In this document: piece after piece, positions 8,513-17,633 of the stretch
Layout: each line of letters begins with the position of its first letter
How positions within the stretch are numbered: position 1 is the stretch's first letter
Source: Gammaproteobacteria bacterium
GTDB lineage: Bacteria > Pseudomonadota > Gammaproteobacteria > JACKNK01
Direction: 5' to 3'
Assembly: GCA_049604295.1 (NCBI GenBank)
Contig: JBMYTL010000005.1
Span: forward strand, 907 to 64,906
Length of the DNA: 64,000 nt
Notes under the pieces: model-generated
Database searches by the model: none
What the model was told of the DNA's origin: nothing
The model's input: only the letters and a program-made list of their open reading frames with translations
Made by a program: the position numbers and the translations under genes

Positions 8513-9555
8513 TGGCCGGGATCCCCCTCTCCTCTCTGCTGATCTTCACCAACCAGTTCGCGGCGATGATCTCCAGTCAGCTGCCGCTGGTGGATGTGCT
8601 CAAGAATCTCGCTCGCGAGACTCCGCAGCGTAAGTTCCGCGATGTGCTCGACGACGTCGTCGACGATGTGGAGCACGGAGCTGATCTGGGGGATGCGCTC
8701 GCCCAGCACCGCCATGTATTCGACGATATCTATATCAACGTGGTGCGGGCTGGAATGGGGTCTGGGCGCCTTGAGGATGCCTTGGTCCATCTTGCCAACT
8801 ACCTCGGCAATGCCGATGTGGTCAGCAAGAAGGTGCGCTCGGCCATGACCTATCCGGTAATGGTGATCGGCGCCTTCTTCGTGGCGTTCAATGCCATGAC
8901 CTTTTTTATCCTGCCGCGCTTCGCGAAGGTGTTTCAATCCTTCGGTTCCGAGCTACCGGTGCCTACCCAGATAATGATGGACCTGGGCGATATCTGGCAG
9001 CAGTGGTGGTACATCTTCGGCCTGGTTCTGGTCATGGGAATCGGTGCCTTCGTACTCTGGATCGCCACGCCCCAAGGTCGCTTGGTCTGGGATGAGGTCA
9101 AGCTCGATATTCCCATCGTGGGGCGTATCTGGCGCCTTGGCGCCTTGGCGCGCTTTCTGCGCACATTTGCTGTGCAGGTGCGCAATGAGGTCGAGATTCT
9201 CAAGGCTTTGGAATTGGCCGCACCGTCCAGCGGCAACCGCTACATTGAAAACGTACTCATGGACATTGCCGATGACATTGAGTCCGGCATGGGGATCGCG
9301 CAATCGTTTCGCGAACACGACGTGTTCTCGGGGATCGTTCTGCAGATGATTTCTGCCGGTGAGGAAAGCAGTAGCCTGGACGAGTTGCTGCTGTCCGCGG
9401 CTGATTATTTCGACCGGATTCTCGATGAGCAGGTCCAGCAGTGGACATCAATGATCAATCCCATCCTCACGGTCGTCATCGGATTGTTGATCGGCGGGAT
9501 GATGGTCGCGGTGTTCATGCCGGTGTTCGAAATGGGTAAATCGGTGGGGCATTGA
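8512..9555 (+). CDS. PilC/GspF inner-membrane platform protein
   Basis: FTNQFAAMISSQLPL, YINVVRAGMGSGRL, SAMTYP, MISAGEESSSLDELL, INPIL...AVFMPVF. Shorter N-terminus than typical PilC. Confidence 0.93.
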   Translation: MAGIPLSSLLIFTNQFAAMISSQLPLVDVLKNLARETPQRKFRDVLDDVVDDVEHGADLGDALAQHRHVFDDIYINVVRAGMGSGRLEDALVHLANYLGNADVVSKKVRSAMTYPVMVIGAFFVAFNAMTFFILPRFAKVFQSFGSELPVPTQIMMDLGDIWQQWWYIFGLVLVMGIGAFVLWIATPQGRLVWDEVKLDIPIVGRIWRLGALARFLRTFAVQVRNEVEILKALELAAPSSGNRYIENVLMDIADDIESGMGIAQSFREHDVFSGIVLQMISAGEESSSLDELLLSAADYFDRILDEQVQQWTSMINPILTVVIGLLIGGMMVAVFMPVFEMGKSVGH

Positions 9556-9681
9556 CATGGTGCGTTGCGATTACAAGGGCCGCGCGTGGGGCATGAATGC
9601 CGGGCGCCGCGTGCATATGGGTATCAGGCGTGAAGAAAGATCCCTTGGCGACTGCGTCACCGGGGCCGGAGCGAAAGCCGC

Positions 9682-11646
9682 ATGATCTTCAGTAAGAAAA
9701 AATCCCGTAACGGTGAGGCGAGCGCTGTTGATGAGCTCATCAACAATGTGTTGATCGTCCGTGCGGGTGCAGGTGAGTACGACGTCCGTTTCAAAGGAAC
9801 CGGCGAGGAACAGGAATATTCCGGGGAACTGGTGGAACGGCCCGACGACGTCGTGGAGCTCTTCGAGAAAACCCTGCACGAGGCCATGGAGGCGGTGCCC
9901 AAGCGGGTGATGCGTTCGGTATCCCGCATTCAGGTGTTTCTCGAGGAACAGCCGTTCGCCTATCTCGATAACCGTGATCCCAGTGTGGCGAGTTCAACCC
10001 AGGCCGCACGCGAGAAGGGCGCGGAGATCCTTGGCGGAACACCTGTCACATTTGGCCGTCAGGATTTCGGAACCGGCGATCGTGATCGCAAACAGCCGAG
10101 CGCGGTATACGGTTTCGCACCCACGGAAATCATGCAGCGTTATCTCGCGGCGACGGGAGAGAAATGCGTCAAGATCGGGGCCGTTGTTCCCAGTGTCTCG
10201 GTCGCCATCGGACAGATCGCCAAGGCAGACCCCGGCAAGACATACGGCATCATCGAGCTGGGTTGGCGTTACAGCACGATCACTCTGGCGAACTGGGCAT
10301 TCAATGCCGTCTACGTACGCCGCGTCCCTGTGGGTCTGGAGGCCATGGTCAAGGCAGTTTCCGACGGCTCGGGCATGCCCGCCAAGGAAGTGATGTCGAA
10401 TCTACAGGTGCGTGATTACCTCTCTGAGTTGCCGGTTGATGGCAGTGCATCCGCTCAGCTGGGTCCGGTTGAGTCGGCGCTCCAGCCCATGGCCGCCGAT
10501 CTCATGCGCAATCTCAATCAGACTTTGCGCTTTTTCGACAGTGACCAGGGATGCGGACGCCCTGAGGTTCTGCGCGTCACAGGCGCCCATACGAAGATAC
10601 GAGGTCTGGAACGCTGGCTGTCCAAGGGCACGGGGCTGTCCATCGAAATCGTTGAGGAAACCCTGTTCGAACAGTTCGTCCAAGAGGGCGATACGGGCCT
10701 GATGAACCTGTTGAGTGGACTTGAGCGTGTCCCGATCTCCGTGGGTAAAACCCAATACGTCTATGCCAATGACCGGTTCGTGAAAAGCACCGAGGCGCCG
10801 CGCGAGCCCCAGAAGATCACGGGCTCTTCACAGAAACGCCGAAGCGGTGACAAGCCCAGTCGTACCACGGGGCGCAGGGCGCGTCGCAGGGCTGAATCGA
10901 AGTCCGGTGAAAGCCCTTTTGCCAAGATGTTCAAGCGATCATCGACGCCCAAGGCCGCCGCCACACCGGAGGGCCCCGCGGCCAATGAAAAGGTCTGGTT
11001 CATTGCGTTCTACGGTTTGGTCGCCCTCGTGTTGTGGTGGGGGTGGAACCAGTACGCGGCTGTCGACAAAAAGTACCGCCTCGCGGCGGGCGGATATCAA
11101 AGCAAGGTAAGCGAGTTGCAGAAACACCGGCGTCAGTTGACCGCTGAGGGTGGTCAGCCCCAGGTGACCAATGTGGATGTCGACAAGGTCCTGTGGACGG
11201 AGAAGTTTCTCTCCATCGGCCAGAATATGAATAACCACCTCTGGTTGACCGATGTGTACCTCTCTGAAGTTCAGGGGCAGATCGGTGATGGTCAGGTCGT
11301 ACGTCAGAAACTGATCATCGAGGGGGCTGCCCTGCCCAGTACCGATGGCCATGTATTCGAACTGGCGAATTTCATCCAGCGGTTGGAGGCCGACGAGGAT
11401 CGTTTCATGAGCGATTTCCGTGAGGTGTCTTTTGAAGGCGCTGAGATCGGCGAGGACAACGGGGATGAAATCATCCGCTTTACGCTGGCGGCGTGGTACG
11501 ACGATGAGAAACGTCTCAAGAGTTCCGATTCCGGGGGCGACGGCGAAGGGTCCGGTGGCGTGTTGAAAGACACGCAGGCGAAGGTCAAGGCGCGCAATGA
11601 AGCGACGCAGAAGGCGGCCCTGGGGCCCAATGCGGGAGGACGCTGA
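9682..11646 (+). CDS. PilM-PilN-like fusion (actin-like domain, TM helix, periplasmic PilN domain)
   Basis: PilM-like GIIELGWRYSTITL, TLRFF and LRVTGAHTKIRGL. MNLL motif, single TM, then PilN-like LWLTDV...LIIEG...ANFIQRLE. Confidence 0.75.
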   Translation: MIFSKKKSRNGEASAVDELINNVLIVRAGAGEYDVRFKGTGEEQEYSGELVERPDDVVELFEKTLHEAMEAVPKRVMRSVSRIQVFLEEQPFAYLDNRDPSVASSTQAAREKGAEILGGTPVTFGRQDFGTGDRDRKQPSAVYGFAPTEIMQRYLAATGEKCVKIGAVVPSVSVAIGQIAKADPGKTYGIIELGWRYSTITLANWAFNAVYVRRVPVGLEAMVKAVSDGSGMPAKEVMSNLQVRDYLSELPVDGSASAQLGPVESALQPMAADLMRNLNQTLRFFDSDQGCGRPEVLRVTGAHTKIRGLERWLSKGTGLSIEIVEETLFEQFVQEGDTGLMNLLSGLERVPISVGKTQYVYANDRFVKSTEAPREPQKITGSSQKRRSGDKPSRTTGRRARRRAESKSGESPFAKMFKRSSTPKAAATPEGPAANEKVWFIAFYGLVALVLWWGWNQYAAVDKKYRLAAGGYQSKVSELQKHRRQLTAEGGQPQVTNVDVDKVLWTEKFLSIGQNMNNHLWLTDVYLSEVQGQIGDGQVVRQKLIIEGAALPSTDGHVFELANFIQRLEADEDRFMSDFREVSFEGAEIGEDNGDEIIRFTLAAWYDDEKRLKSSDSGGDGEGSGGVLKDTQAKVKARNEATQKAALGPNAGGR

Positions 11647-11648
11647 TC

Positions 11649-12470
11649 ATGGATCAATTTATCCGCCAGAATCGTGATCTGCTGATCTCGACCGTGTACC
11701 TGCTGATTGGTCTTTTCGCCTTCGGATACGTCAATCTCTACCAGCCCGCGAAGATCGGCTTTGCCGATATCTCAGTGGTGAGCGGTGAGGCCGGAAGGGA
11801 ATCGAATGCATTGAAGAAGCAGGTGGCCGAGGCAATCGCCGAAGCCGCTGATGCCAAGGAGGATGTGGCGCGGGGGGTGCGCCAGATGCCTGATTTCCTA
11901 CGACGCATCAACGCGATTGCCAATGAGCACTCGGTGATTATCCGTCGACTGGTGCCGACCGAGGAAAGTCGCTTCAAGTTCAAGATCGATATCATCACCG
12001 ATTACTGGACGTTCCTCAGGTTCACCTCTGACCTGGAATCGCTCAATACGGTTGTCCATAACCTGGAGGTTCATCCCTACAACCCCGACCCGGAGCGGCC
12101 GGAACACCTGATCACCTTCTCAATTACCCCTCGCAATGATGCCGAGCCTCTGTCCGGAGCGCGCCTGGATGCATTGCGTGAGGATGTGCGCAAGAAGGTG
12201 CGTAATCCGTTCCAACGTTTTGCCTATGACAAGACGCGGCGCGAAGTCCGGGCGGAAATCGAGTTGACCTGGATCCACAAGCTGACCGGTATCGGCGAGA
12301 CCACCAGCGGGCCCCAGGCCACCATCGACAATACCGACTACCGGGTGGGCGATACCTTGCTGGGCAAACGCATCACTGAGATCCGCTCTGATCGCGTCTA
12401 CCTTGTCAGTGACAAGCCCGTGGATGGTGTCATCAACAAGTACGTGCTCAAGTTCCGGGGTAAGAAGTGA
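11649..12470 (+). CDS. PilO-like protein with a PilP/GspC-like C-terminal extension
   Basis: N-terminal TM, coiled coil, PilO-like QMPDFLRRI...YWTFLRFTSDLESL, then RNPF...LTGI...ATID...YRVGDTL...ITEIRSDRV. Confidence 0.7.
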   Translation: MDQFIRQNRDLLISTVYLLIGLFAFGYVNLYQPAKIGFADISVVSGEAGRESNALKKQVAEAIAEAADAKEDVARGVRQMPDFLRRINAIANEHSVIIRRLVPTEESRFKFKIDIITDYWTFLRFTSDLESLNTVVHNLEVHPYNPDPERPEHLITFSITPRNDAEPLSGARLDALREDVRKKVRNPFQRFAYDKTRREVRAEIELTWIHKLTGIGETTSGPQATIDNTDYRVGDTLLGKRITEIRSDRVYLVSDKPVDGVINKYVLKFRGKK

Positions 12471-13081
12471 TTGCCCGGGCCTCGATGTTCGTGGCCATGG
12501 TTGCCATGGCTGCACCACAGGTCGTGAGTGCCGACGCCACGTCCGGTGCCGGGGCGTGGCCCGCGTCGACGCGGACGGGTCGTTGTATGGCCTGCGCATA
12601 CACGCCCAACGAGGTTCGCTCCCTGCTCGAGCGGCTGGATGCACTGATCGACCGGCGTGGCGCCTACGCGCTGCCCGCAACGCCCTACGACGGACTCATC
12701 CGCCAACATGCGAAGCGCTCCGGAATGGAAGCCGACCTCGTCAAGGCGGTGGTTGCCGTGGAGTCCAATTTTGATCCGCGTGCGGTGTCCCGCGCGGGTG
12801 CCATGGGCCTGATGCAACTGATGCCGGCCACCGTGCATCGCTGGGGTATCGATGATCCCTTTGATCCGGAGCAGAACATCAGTGCGGGAGTCCGCCACCT
12901 GGCGTGGTTATTGGACCAATTCTCCGGAGACAGGACTTTGGCCCTGGCGGCATATAACGCTGGCGAAAACGCGGTGATCCGCTATCGCGGGGTCCCACCC
13001 TACAAAGAAACCCAGAATTACGTGCGCGACGTTCTCGCATTGGTCAAACGGGCCCGCGCCAATGGAGGTCAACGCTCGTGA
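12467..13081 (+). CDS. Lytic transglycosylase (SLT domain)
   Basis: ESNFDPRAVSRAGAMGLMQLMP, ALAAYNAG, PPYKETQNYV; signal-like N-terminus. Confidence 0.93.
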   Translation: MIARASMFVAMVAMAAPQVVSADATSGAGAWPASTRTGRCMACAYTPNEVRSLLERLDALIDRRGAYALPATPYDGLIRQHAKRSGMEADLVKAVVAVESNFDPRAVSRAGAMGLMQLMPATVHRWGIDDPFDPEQNISAGVRHLAWLLDQFSGDRTLALAAYNAGENAVIRYRGVPPYKETQNYVRDVLALVKRARANGGQRS

Positions 13082-13833
13082 CACGTGGTTTGTACCTGTT
13101 CCTGGCCGTATTCATGGGGGTCAGCCCGGGGGTATTTGCCGCCGATCTGGATTCCGCCATGTCGGCTTATCGCGGCGGCCGTTTCTCGGATGCCTATGGC
13201 GCGTTCCGGGAATTGGCCGCGGCGGGTAATGCGGAGGCCCAGTTCCGCTTGGGTTTGATGTATCACCAGGGTCGTGGCGCGCCGCGAAACTACGCGGAGG
13301 CGCTGGCTTGGTATCGCCAGTCGGCGGCGCAGGGTAATGCCATGGCGCAGAACAACCTGGGCGTGATGTACCGGGACGGGCAGGGAATCCGCTCCAACAG
13401 GGTGCTTGCCTACATGTGGTTCAGCCTGGCCGCGGCCCAGTTCGAGGACCGGGCCCAGCGGGCGGTGCGTAGTTTGCAGGAGGAGATGTCGCGGGAGGAG
13501 GAATTGCAGGCCCAGCAGTTGACCACCGAGTACATGGAGAAACTCTGGGCCGACAAGCGCACCGTGGCGGCTGAGTCACCTGCGCCGGTCGCCGTTCCGC
13601 GTTTCATGGTTCAGTTGGGGCTGTTCGGTAAGGCCTCGAATGTAGAGCGAATCCGATTGCGCCTGAAAGAGGCCGACCTCCCCGTGGTCACGGAACCCGT
13701 GGAAGTGCGGGGGAAACGTTATCAACGGGTTCGTGTGGGGCCTTTTTCCCAAGAAGACGACGCCGAAGCTGTCGCTCGGCGCATGGATGCATTGTTCCGT
13801 CTGAAAAGCCTGGTCGTTCCAGTGTCGTCATGA
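13078..13833 (+). CDS. Sel1-repeat protein with C-terminal SPOR domain
   Basis: Signal peptide, Sel1 repeats (AQFRLGLMY, AQNNLGVMY) and SPOR motifs VQLGLF...YQRVRVGPF. Confidence 0.9.
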   Translation: MTRGLYLFLAVFMGVSPGVFAADLDSAMSAYRGGRFSDAYGAFRELAAAGNAEAQFRLGLMYHQGRGAPRNYAEALAWYRQSAAQGNAMAQNNLGVMYRDGQGIRSNRVLAYMWFSLAAAQFEDRAQRAVRSLQEEMSREEELQAQQLTTEYMEKLWADKRTVAAESPAPVAVPRFMVQLGLFGKASNVERIRLRLKEADLPVVTEPVEVRGKRYQRVRVGPFSQEDDAEAVARRMDALFRLKSLVVPVSS

Positions 13834-13852
13834 GCGGCAGGAGGACTTTGTA

Positions 13853-14470
13853 ATGCATTCATTGCGTGGAAATGCGCGGCGCGCCCGCGGCTTCACCCTC
13901 ATCGAACTGATGGTCGTCATGGCCATCATCGGGATCCTCGCCGGAATCAGTTTCGGTGGCATCCGGAACATGATGATCGACTCAAGGGTCACCCAGGCCA
14001 AGCCCTACCTGGAACGCATAGCGACGGCGTTGCGTACACGCTTCAACCGCAGCGGGACGTATACCGATGCTGCGGGAAACGATTATGTGGATGAGGACGA
14101 TATCCAGAGCGACCTGGGGGTCGATCTCGCGGACGCGGTGGATTTCTGTTTCGTCGTCGAGACTGACTCAGGCAATTTCGTGCTCGCCAATGGCAATGTG
14201 GCCAGTTATCCCGATGCGGATTTCGAGGTTTGGGCCATTCTTCGCCACAGTGGGCACAACGCCAACGCCACGCATGGAACCACGGGATTCGGTTGTGTGC
14301 TGGATGACGACAAGGGTGAGTCCTCCGGTTGGGTGGATGACGGTGGCGCCGCGGAATTCGCCGGTGCTGGCAACCGGGTCGTCCTACGCTATCCCGCGCC
14401 CGCCGATTCGCTTTTCAATGGTTATCTGTGGACCGCCGGTATCAGCACCACGGAGGCACTCACGGATTGA
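13853..14470 (+). CDS. Type IV pilin-like protein (minor pilin)
   Basis: RRARG|FTLIELMVVMAIIGILAGI. Confidence 0.9.
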   Translation: MHSLRGNARRARGFTLIELMVVMAIIGILAGISFGGIRNMMIDSRVTQAKPYLERIATALRTRFNRSGTYTDAAGNDYVDEDDIQSDLGVDLADAVDFCFVVETDSGNFVLANGNVASYPDADFEVWAILRHSGHNANATHGTTGFGCVLDDDKGESSGWVDDGGAAEFAGAGNRVVLRYPAPADSLFNGYLWTAGISTTEALTD

Positions 14471-14496
14471 TTCCGTGAGTCAAATGGATCTGAACC

Positions 14497-15162
14497 GTGC
14501 GAAATGACCGTGGATTCAGCCTCATCGAGGTGGTCGTCGCCATGGCGCTCATCTCCATGCTGGTGCTTGGGCTCAGTGCGACCTGGGTAACGGTAGATGA
14601 TCATTTCTACCGCCTTGATCTGAGGCAGCGCGCCATCTTCCTTGCCAACAATGAGATGGAACGCCTCTCCACACTGGGGCGTTACACGGATTTCTTCACC
14701 GCATCGGAGGCCAGTTATCAGGACGACGCGGGCGCGCGGTGGATCTACCGCGGTACACCACAGGTGACGACGGGAATGGTGTCACCATCGCCTCCCAACC
14801 TCGTCGTGACGGTTAATGCCCTGGGTGCTGCGACCAAGACACCGGTCGATACCTTTACCGAACGCCAGATTCTCTTTCTCGATACCGATGCACTGAACAA
14901 TGCGAACACCGAACTGAACGTTCTGTGGCTGGACTACGACAACAATGTCACCGCCCGCCTGGAGTGGGAAATCATGGTCGACAGCGCAACCGCCGATGGA
15001 CGCAGCCATGACATGGGCGGGTGCCTGGGTGACAGTTGTCATGTCATCGAGGTGCGGGTGAGCTATCCCTACCGGTTCGTGGACGGTGTTGATCCCGCGG
15101 AAGACTCCATGGGTGGCGTCGAGACCATTGCCCTGCGCACGATCGTGGGGCGTCAGCAATGA
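14497..15162 (+). CDS. Minor pilin, PilV/GspI-like position
   Basis: DRG|FSLIEVVVAMALISML; AIFLANNEMERL; IEVRVSY near the C-terminus. Confidence 0.88.
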   Translation: MRNDRGFSLIEVVVAMALISMLVLGLSATWVTVDDHFYRLDLRQRAIFLANNEMERLSTLGRYTDFFTASEASYQDDAGARWIYRGTPQVTTGMVSPSPPNLVVTVNALGAATKTPVDTFTERQILFLDTDALNNANTELNVLWLDYDNNVTARLEWEIMVDSATADGRSHDMGGCLGDSCHVIEVRVSYPYRFVDGVDPAEDSMGGVETIALRTIVGRQQ

Positions 15163-15851
15163 ACCGCGCGCAGGCACAGAGGGGATTCACCCTCATCGAA
15201 TTGTTGGTCGCGATGACCCTGAGCGCGTTCCTTTTCGGTGTGCTCTACCAGTTCCTGGCCCAGACGGCGATTTACTCAGAGATCATGATTCAGCGTGTGC
15301 GGGCCAACCAGGAGGCGCGGGAAGCCTTCGACCTGGTTGCCAACGGGGGCGTCTTCGACAACGACGGCAATGGGCTGATCAATACGACGGACCCGTACAC
15401 CGTAGCGACGGACGAGGCGGTCATCTCCCTGCGGGGTAACGCCACCATCGAGGCGGCTGTCCTGCAGCCCAATGGTGGAACGATCGCCCGTGTCAATCAG
15501 CGACTGGAACTGACCCATAACGGAATGATCCTGCGGACCAAGCAGCTGAACCAGACAGTTGAATGTACCGCCGCGGGAGCACCTCATGACGACTGCGTGG
15601 CCGCCGGGGAATTGATTATTGAGGGGTACCACTCGCAGGACCCGGCGTTTTCTGATCAGGTCAATTCCCGGTCGTACAACGTTTCGCGTCATTGTGGCAA
15701 TGCCATTCCCGAGCGTGGCGTGACCCAGGAGGTCGATGTCACATTCATCGATCCGCGCATGGTTGCCCGGGCCGATTTCGATTACACCGCCGAGCAGACG
15801 ACGGCAACCTACCAATTCCTTGTCGCCCACCGTGTGGATTGTTTGCCATGA
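15159..15851 (+). CDS. Minor pilin, PilW/GspJ-like position
   Basis: QRG|FTLIELLVAMTLSAFL; ATGA overlap with the upstream gene. Confidence 0.88.
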   Translation: MNRAQAQRGFTLIELLVAMTLSAFLFGVLYQFLAQTAIYSEIMIQRVRANQEAREAFDLVANGGVFDNDGNGLINTTDPYTVATDEAVISLRGNATIEAAVLQPNGGTIARVNQRLELTHNGMILRTKQLNQTVECTAAGAPHDDCVAAGELIIEGYHSQDPAFSDQVNSRSYNVSRHCGNAIPERGVTQEVDVTFIDPRMVARADFDYTAEQTTATYQFLVAHRVDCLP

Positions 15852-16480
15852 GTCGTTCCGGCCTGATTCCGAAAGGGCGCAATGGGCAGAGAGGGTCGAT
15901 CCTCATCGCCGTGATGGCGGTCCTCATGGTGATCATGTTCATCGTGTCCGTACTCGTGAGTGATTTCGCCGAGGGCGAAACCCGCGCGGTCGATGAGTTT
16001 CTGGTTGATGTCCAGGGGTATTGGGCCATGTCCGGCGCCATGGACTATGCAGTCAGCCAGATGCGTAACAACACGGGTAATACCGATACCACCGCCAACA
16101 AGCTCGCCAACCTGCAGCAGGCCTTCACGGACCTGAGCAACAACGAAGATGATTTTCTGCGTTACGACGTGATCGCCGGAACCTCGGACTACCGCTTCAA
16201 CCCTGTTGCGAATGTGACCACGCTGGCCGCCGTACCCATCGTCGGGGCGGATGACGGCGAGTTCCGGGTCACGCTGAGTCATAACGCGCCAACCTTCCCA
16301 CAGGGCGTGACCATTCCCATGGTGCAGGGCTACGAAGGACGAGCCCGCCAACTCCAGGTTGATCTCTGTATCGGAGACATTCCGGTTGCCAACCGCAACC
16401 CGGGCAACTGCGATACCGATGACGCCGATAACGGTGAGAACGGCATTGCGACGGTGTACCACTACCGTCTGATTCCCTGA
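15848..16480 (+). CDS. Minor pilin, PilX/GspK-like
   Basis: QRG|SILIAVMAVLMVI lacks Glu5, as in PilX/GspK; ATGA overlap at 15848. Confidence 0.82.
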   Translation: MSRSGLIPKGRNGQRGSILIAVMAVLMVIMFIVSVLVSDFAEGETRAVDEFLVDVQGYWAMSGAMDYAVSQMRNNTGNTDTTANKLANLQQAFTDLSNNEDDFLRYDVIAGTSDYRFNPVANVTTLAAVPIVGADDGEFRVTLSHNAPTFPQGVTIPMVQGYEGRARQLQVDLCIGDIPVANRNPGNCDTDDADNGENGIATVYHYRLIP

Positions 16481-16676
16481 CCTCCGCCCGGAATTGCTAT
16501 CAGCCGAAAGAATGTATTCACAATGACTTCCGGCTTGGGCTAACGTATCGGGATGGGCGGTGTTAGCCCGGGGATCATCAGAAGCCCGACTAACCGCCAT
16601 CTCAGAATTCAAAAAAATACTGCCCGGCGTTCTCCACGACCGGCGCACGATCACAATCGAGACACGAGGAATTCCC

Positions 16677-17612
16677 ATGAAAACGGCATCCATGATGCGC
16701 GTGTTGGCGCCCTTTGCCTTGTTGCTGGGCTGGTCTGGCGTGCAGGCCGAACCGTATTACATCGGCGCCAAGGCCTGTGAAAAGTGCCACGAGGCGGAGG
16801 TGAAGGTCTGGGAAGGCACGGCGCACTTCAAGTCCTACAAGGAAGTGCACAAGAAGCCTGAGGCGAAGAAGATCCTCAAAGCGGCCGGGTCTGAACGCAG
16901 CATGAAGAAGGATCCGGTGTGCGCGAGCTGTCACTACACGCAGATTTCCAAGGGGCCCGGCAAGAAAGCCAAGGCCAAGTCAGGTCCGTCGTGCGAGAGC
17001 TGTCATGGTCCGGCGTCCGGGTGGAAGGAGGCGCATAACGATTTCGGCGGAGTCGAGAAGGCCAAGGACGAGGATCCGGCTCATCGCGAACAACGCATTG
17101 CCAAGACCACCGAGATGGGAATGATCTGGCCCTCCCAGCTCTTCGACGTCGCATCGAACTGCATGAGCTGCCATGGTCTGACCAAGCCCGGTGTGGAGGA
17201 CGCCCTGGGCAAGATGCTTGATGCGGGTCACCCGATCGAGCCCGACTTCGAGCTGGTCGCTTATTCCCAGGGCAGCGTGCGCCATCGTTTCTACCCGCCC
17301 GATGTGACGGTCAACAAGGAGATGAGCAAGGCGGAACTGAGCCGCATGTTCGCGGTGGGCCAGATCGCCAAGCTTCTCTCTGCATCCCAGGCGGCCGATA
17401 ACAGCAGTCATCCCAAGTACAAAGCGGCACAGGCCGAACGTGCGGAATCAGCCCGGGCCGCGCTGAAGCCTGTCGCGGGCATTGGTGCCGTCGGGGCATT
17501 CCTCAAGGCGCCCAGTGAGAAAACCGCGCGTGCAGCCGTAGCGGCTATCGAAGGCGAAGATCTGAGTGCGAAACTGGGTGGCAGCCTGCCGGCGCCCTCC
17601 AGCTACAAGTAA
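16677..17612 (+). CDS. Periplasmic tetraheme c-type cytochrome (c554-like N-terminus)
   Basis: RBS GAGG, signal peptide ending VQA|E, YIGAKACEKCH; four CxxCH (CEKCH, CASCH, CESCH, CMSCH). Confidence 0.9.
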   Translation: MKTASMMRVLAPFALLLGWSGVQAEPYYIGAKACEKCHEAEVKVWEGTAHFKSYKEVHKKPEAKKILKAAGSERSMKKDPVCASCHYTQISKGPGKKAKAKSGPSCESCHGPASGWKEAHNDFGGVEKAKDEDPAHREQRIAKTTEMGMIWPSQLFDVASNCMSCHGLTKPGVEDALGKMLDAGHPIEPDFELVAYSQGSVRHRFYPPDVTVNKEMSKAELSRMFAVGQIAKLLSASQAADNSSHPKYKAAQAERAESARAALKPVAGIGAVGAFLKAPSEKTARAAVAAIEGEDLSAKLGGSLPAPSSYK

Positions 17613-17633
17613 GCGACAGGAACACACATCGAC

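Noticed and set aside
1-16480. Type III or type VI secretion system
   Set aside because: Despite the SctC-like secretin, kinase and FHA domains, there are no sctJ/RSTUV/N or tssB/C/hcp/vgrG genes; the core is pilin, PilB and PilC based.
16500-16525. CRP/FNR site upstream of the cytochrome genes
   Set aside because: Only a TCACA half-site is present; the other half does not match.
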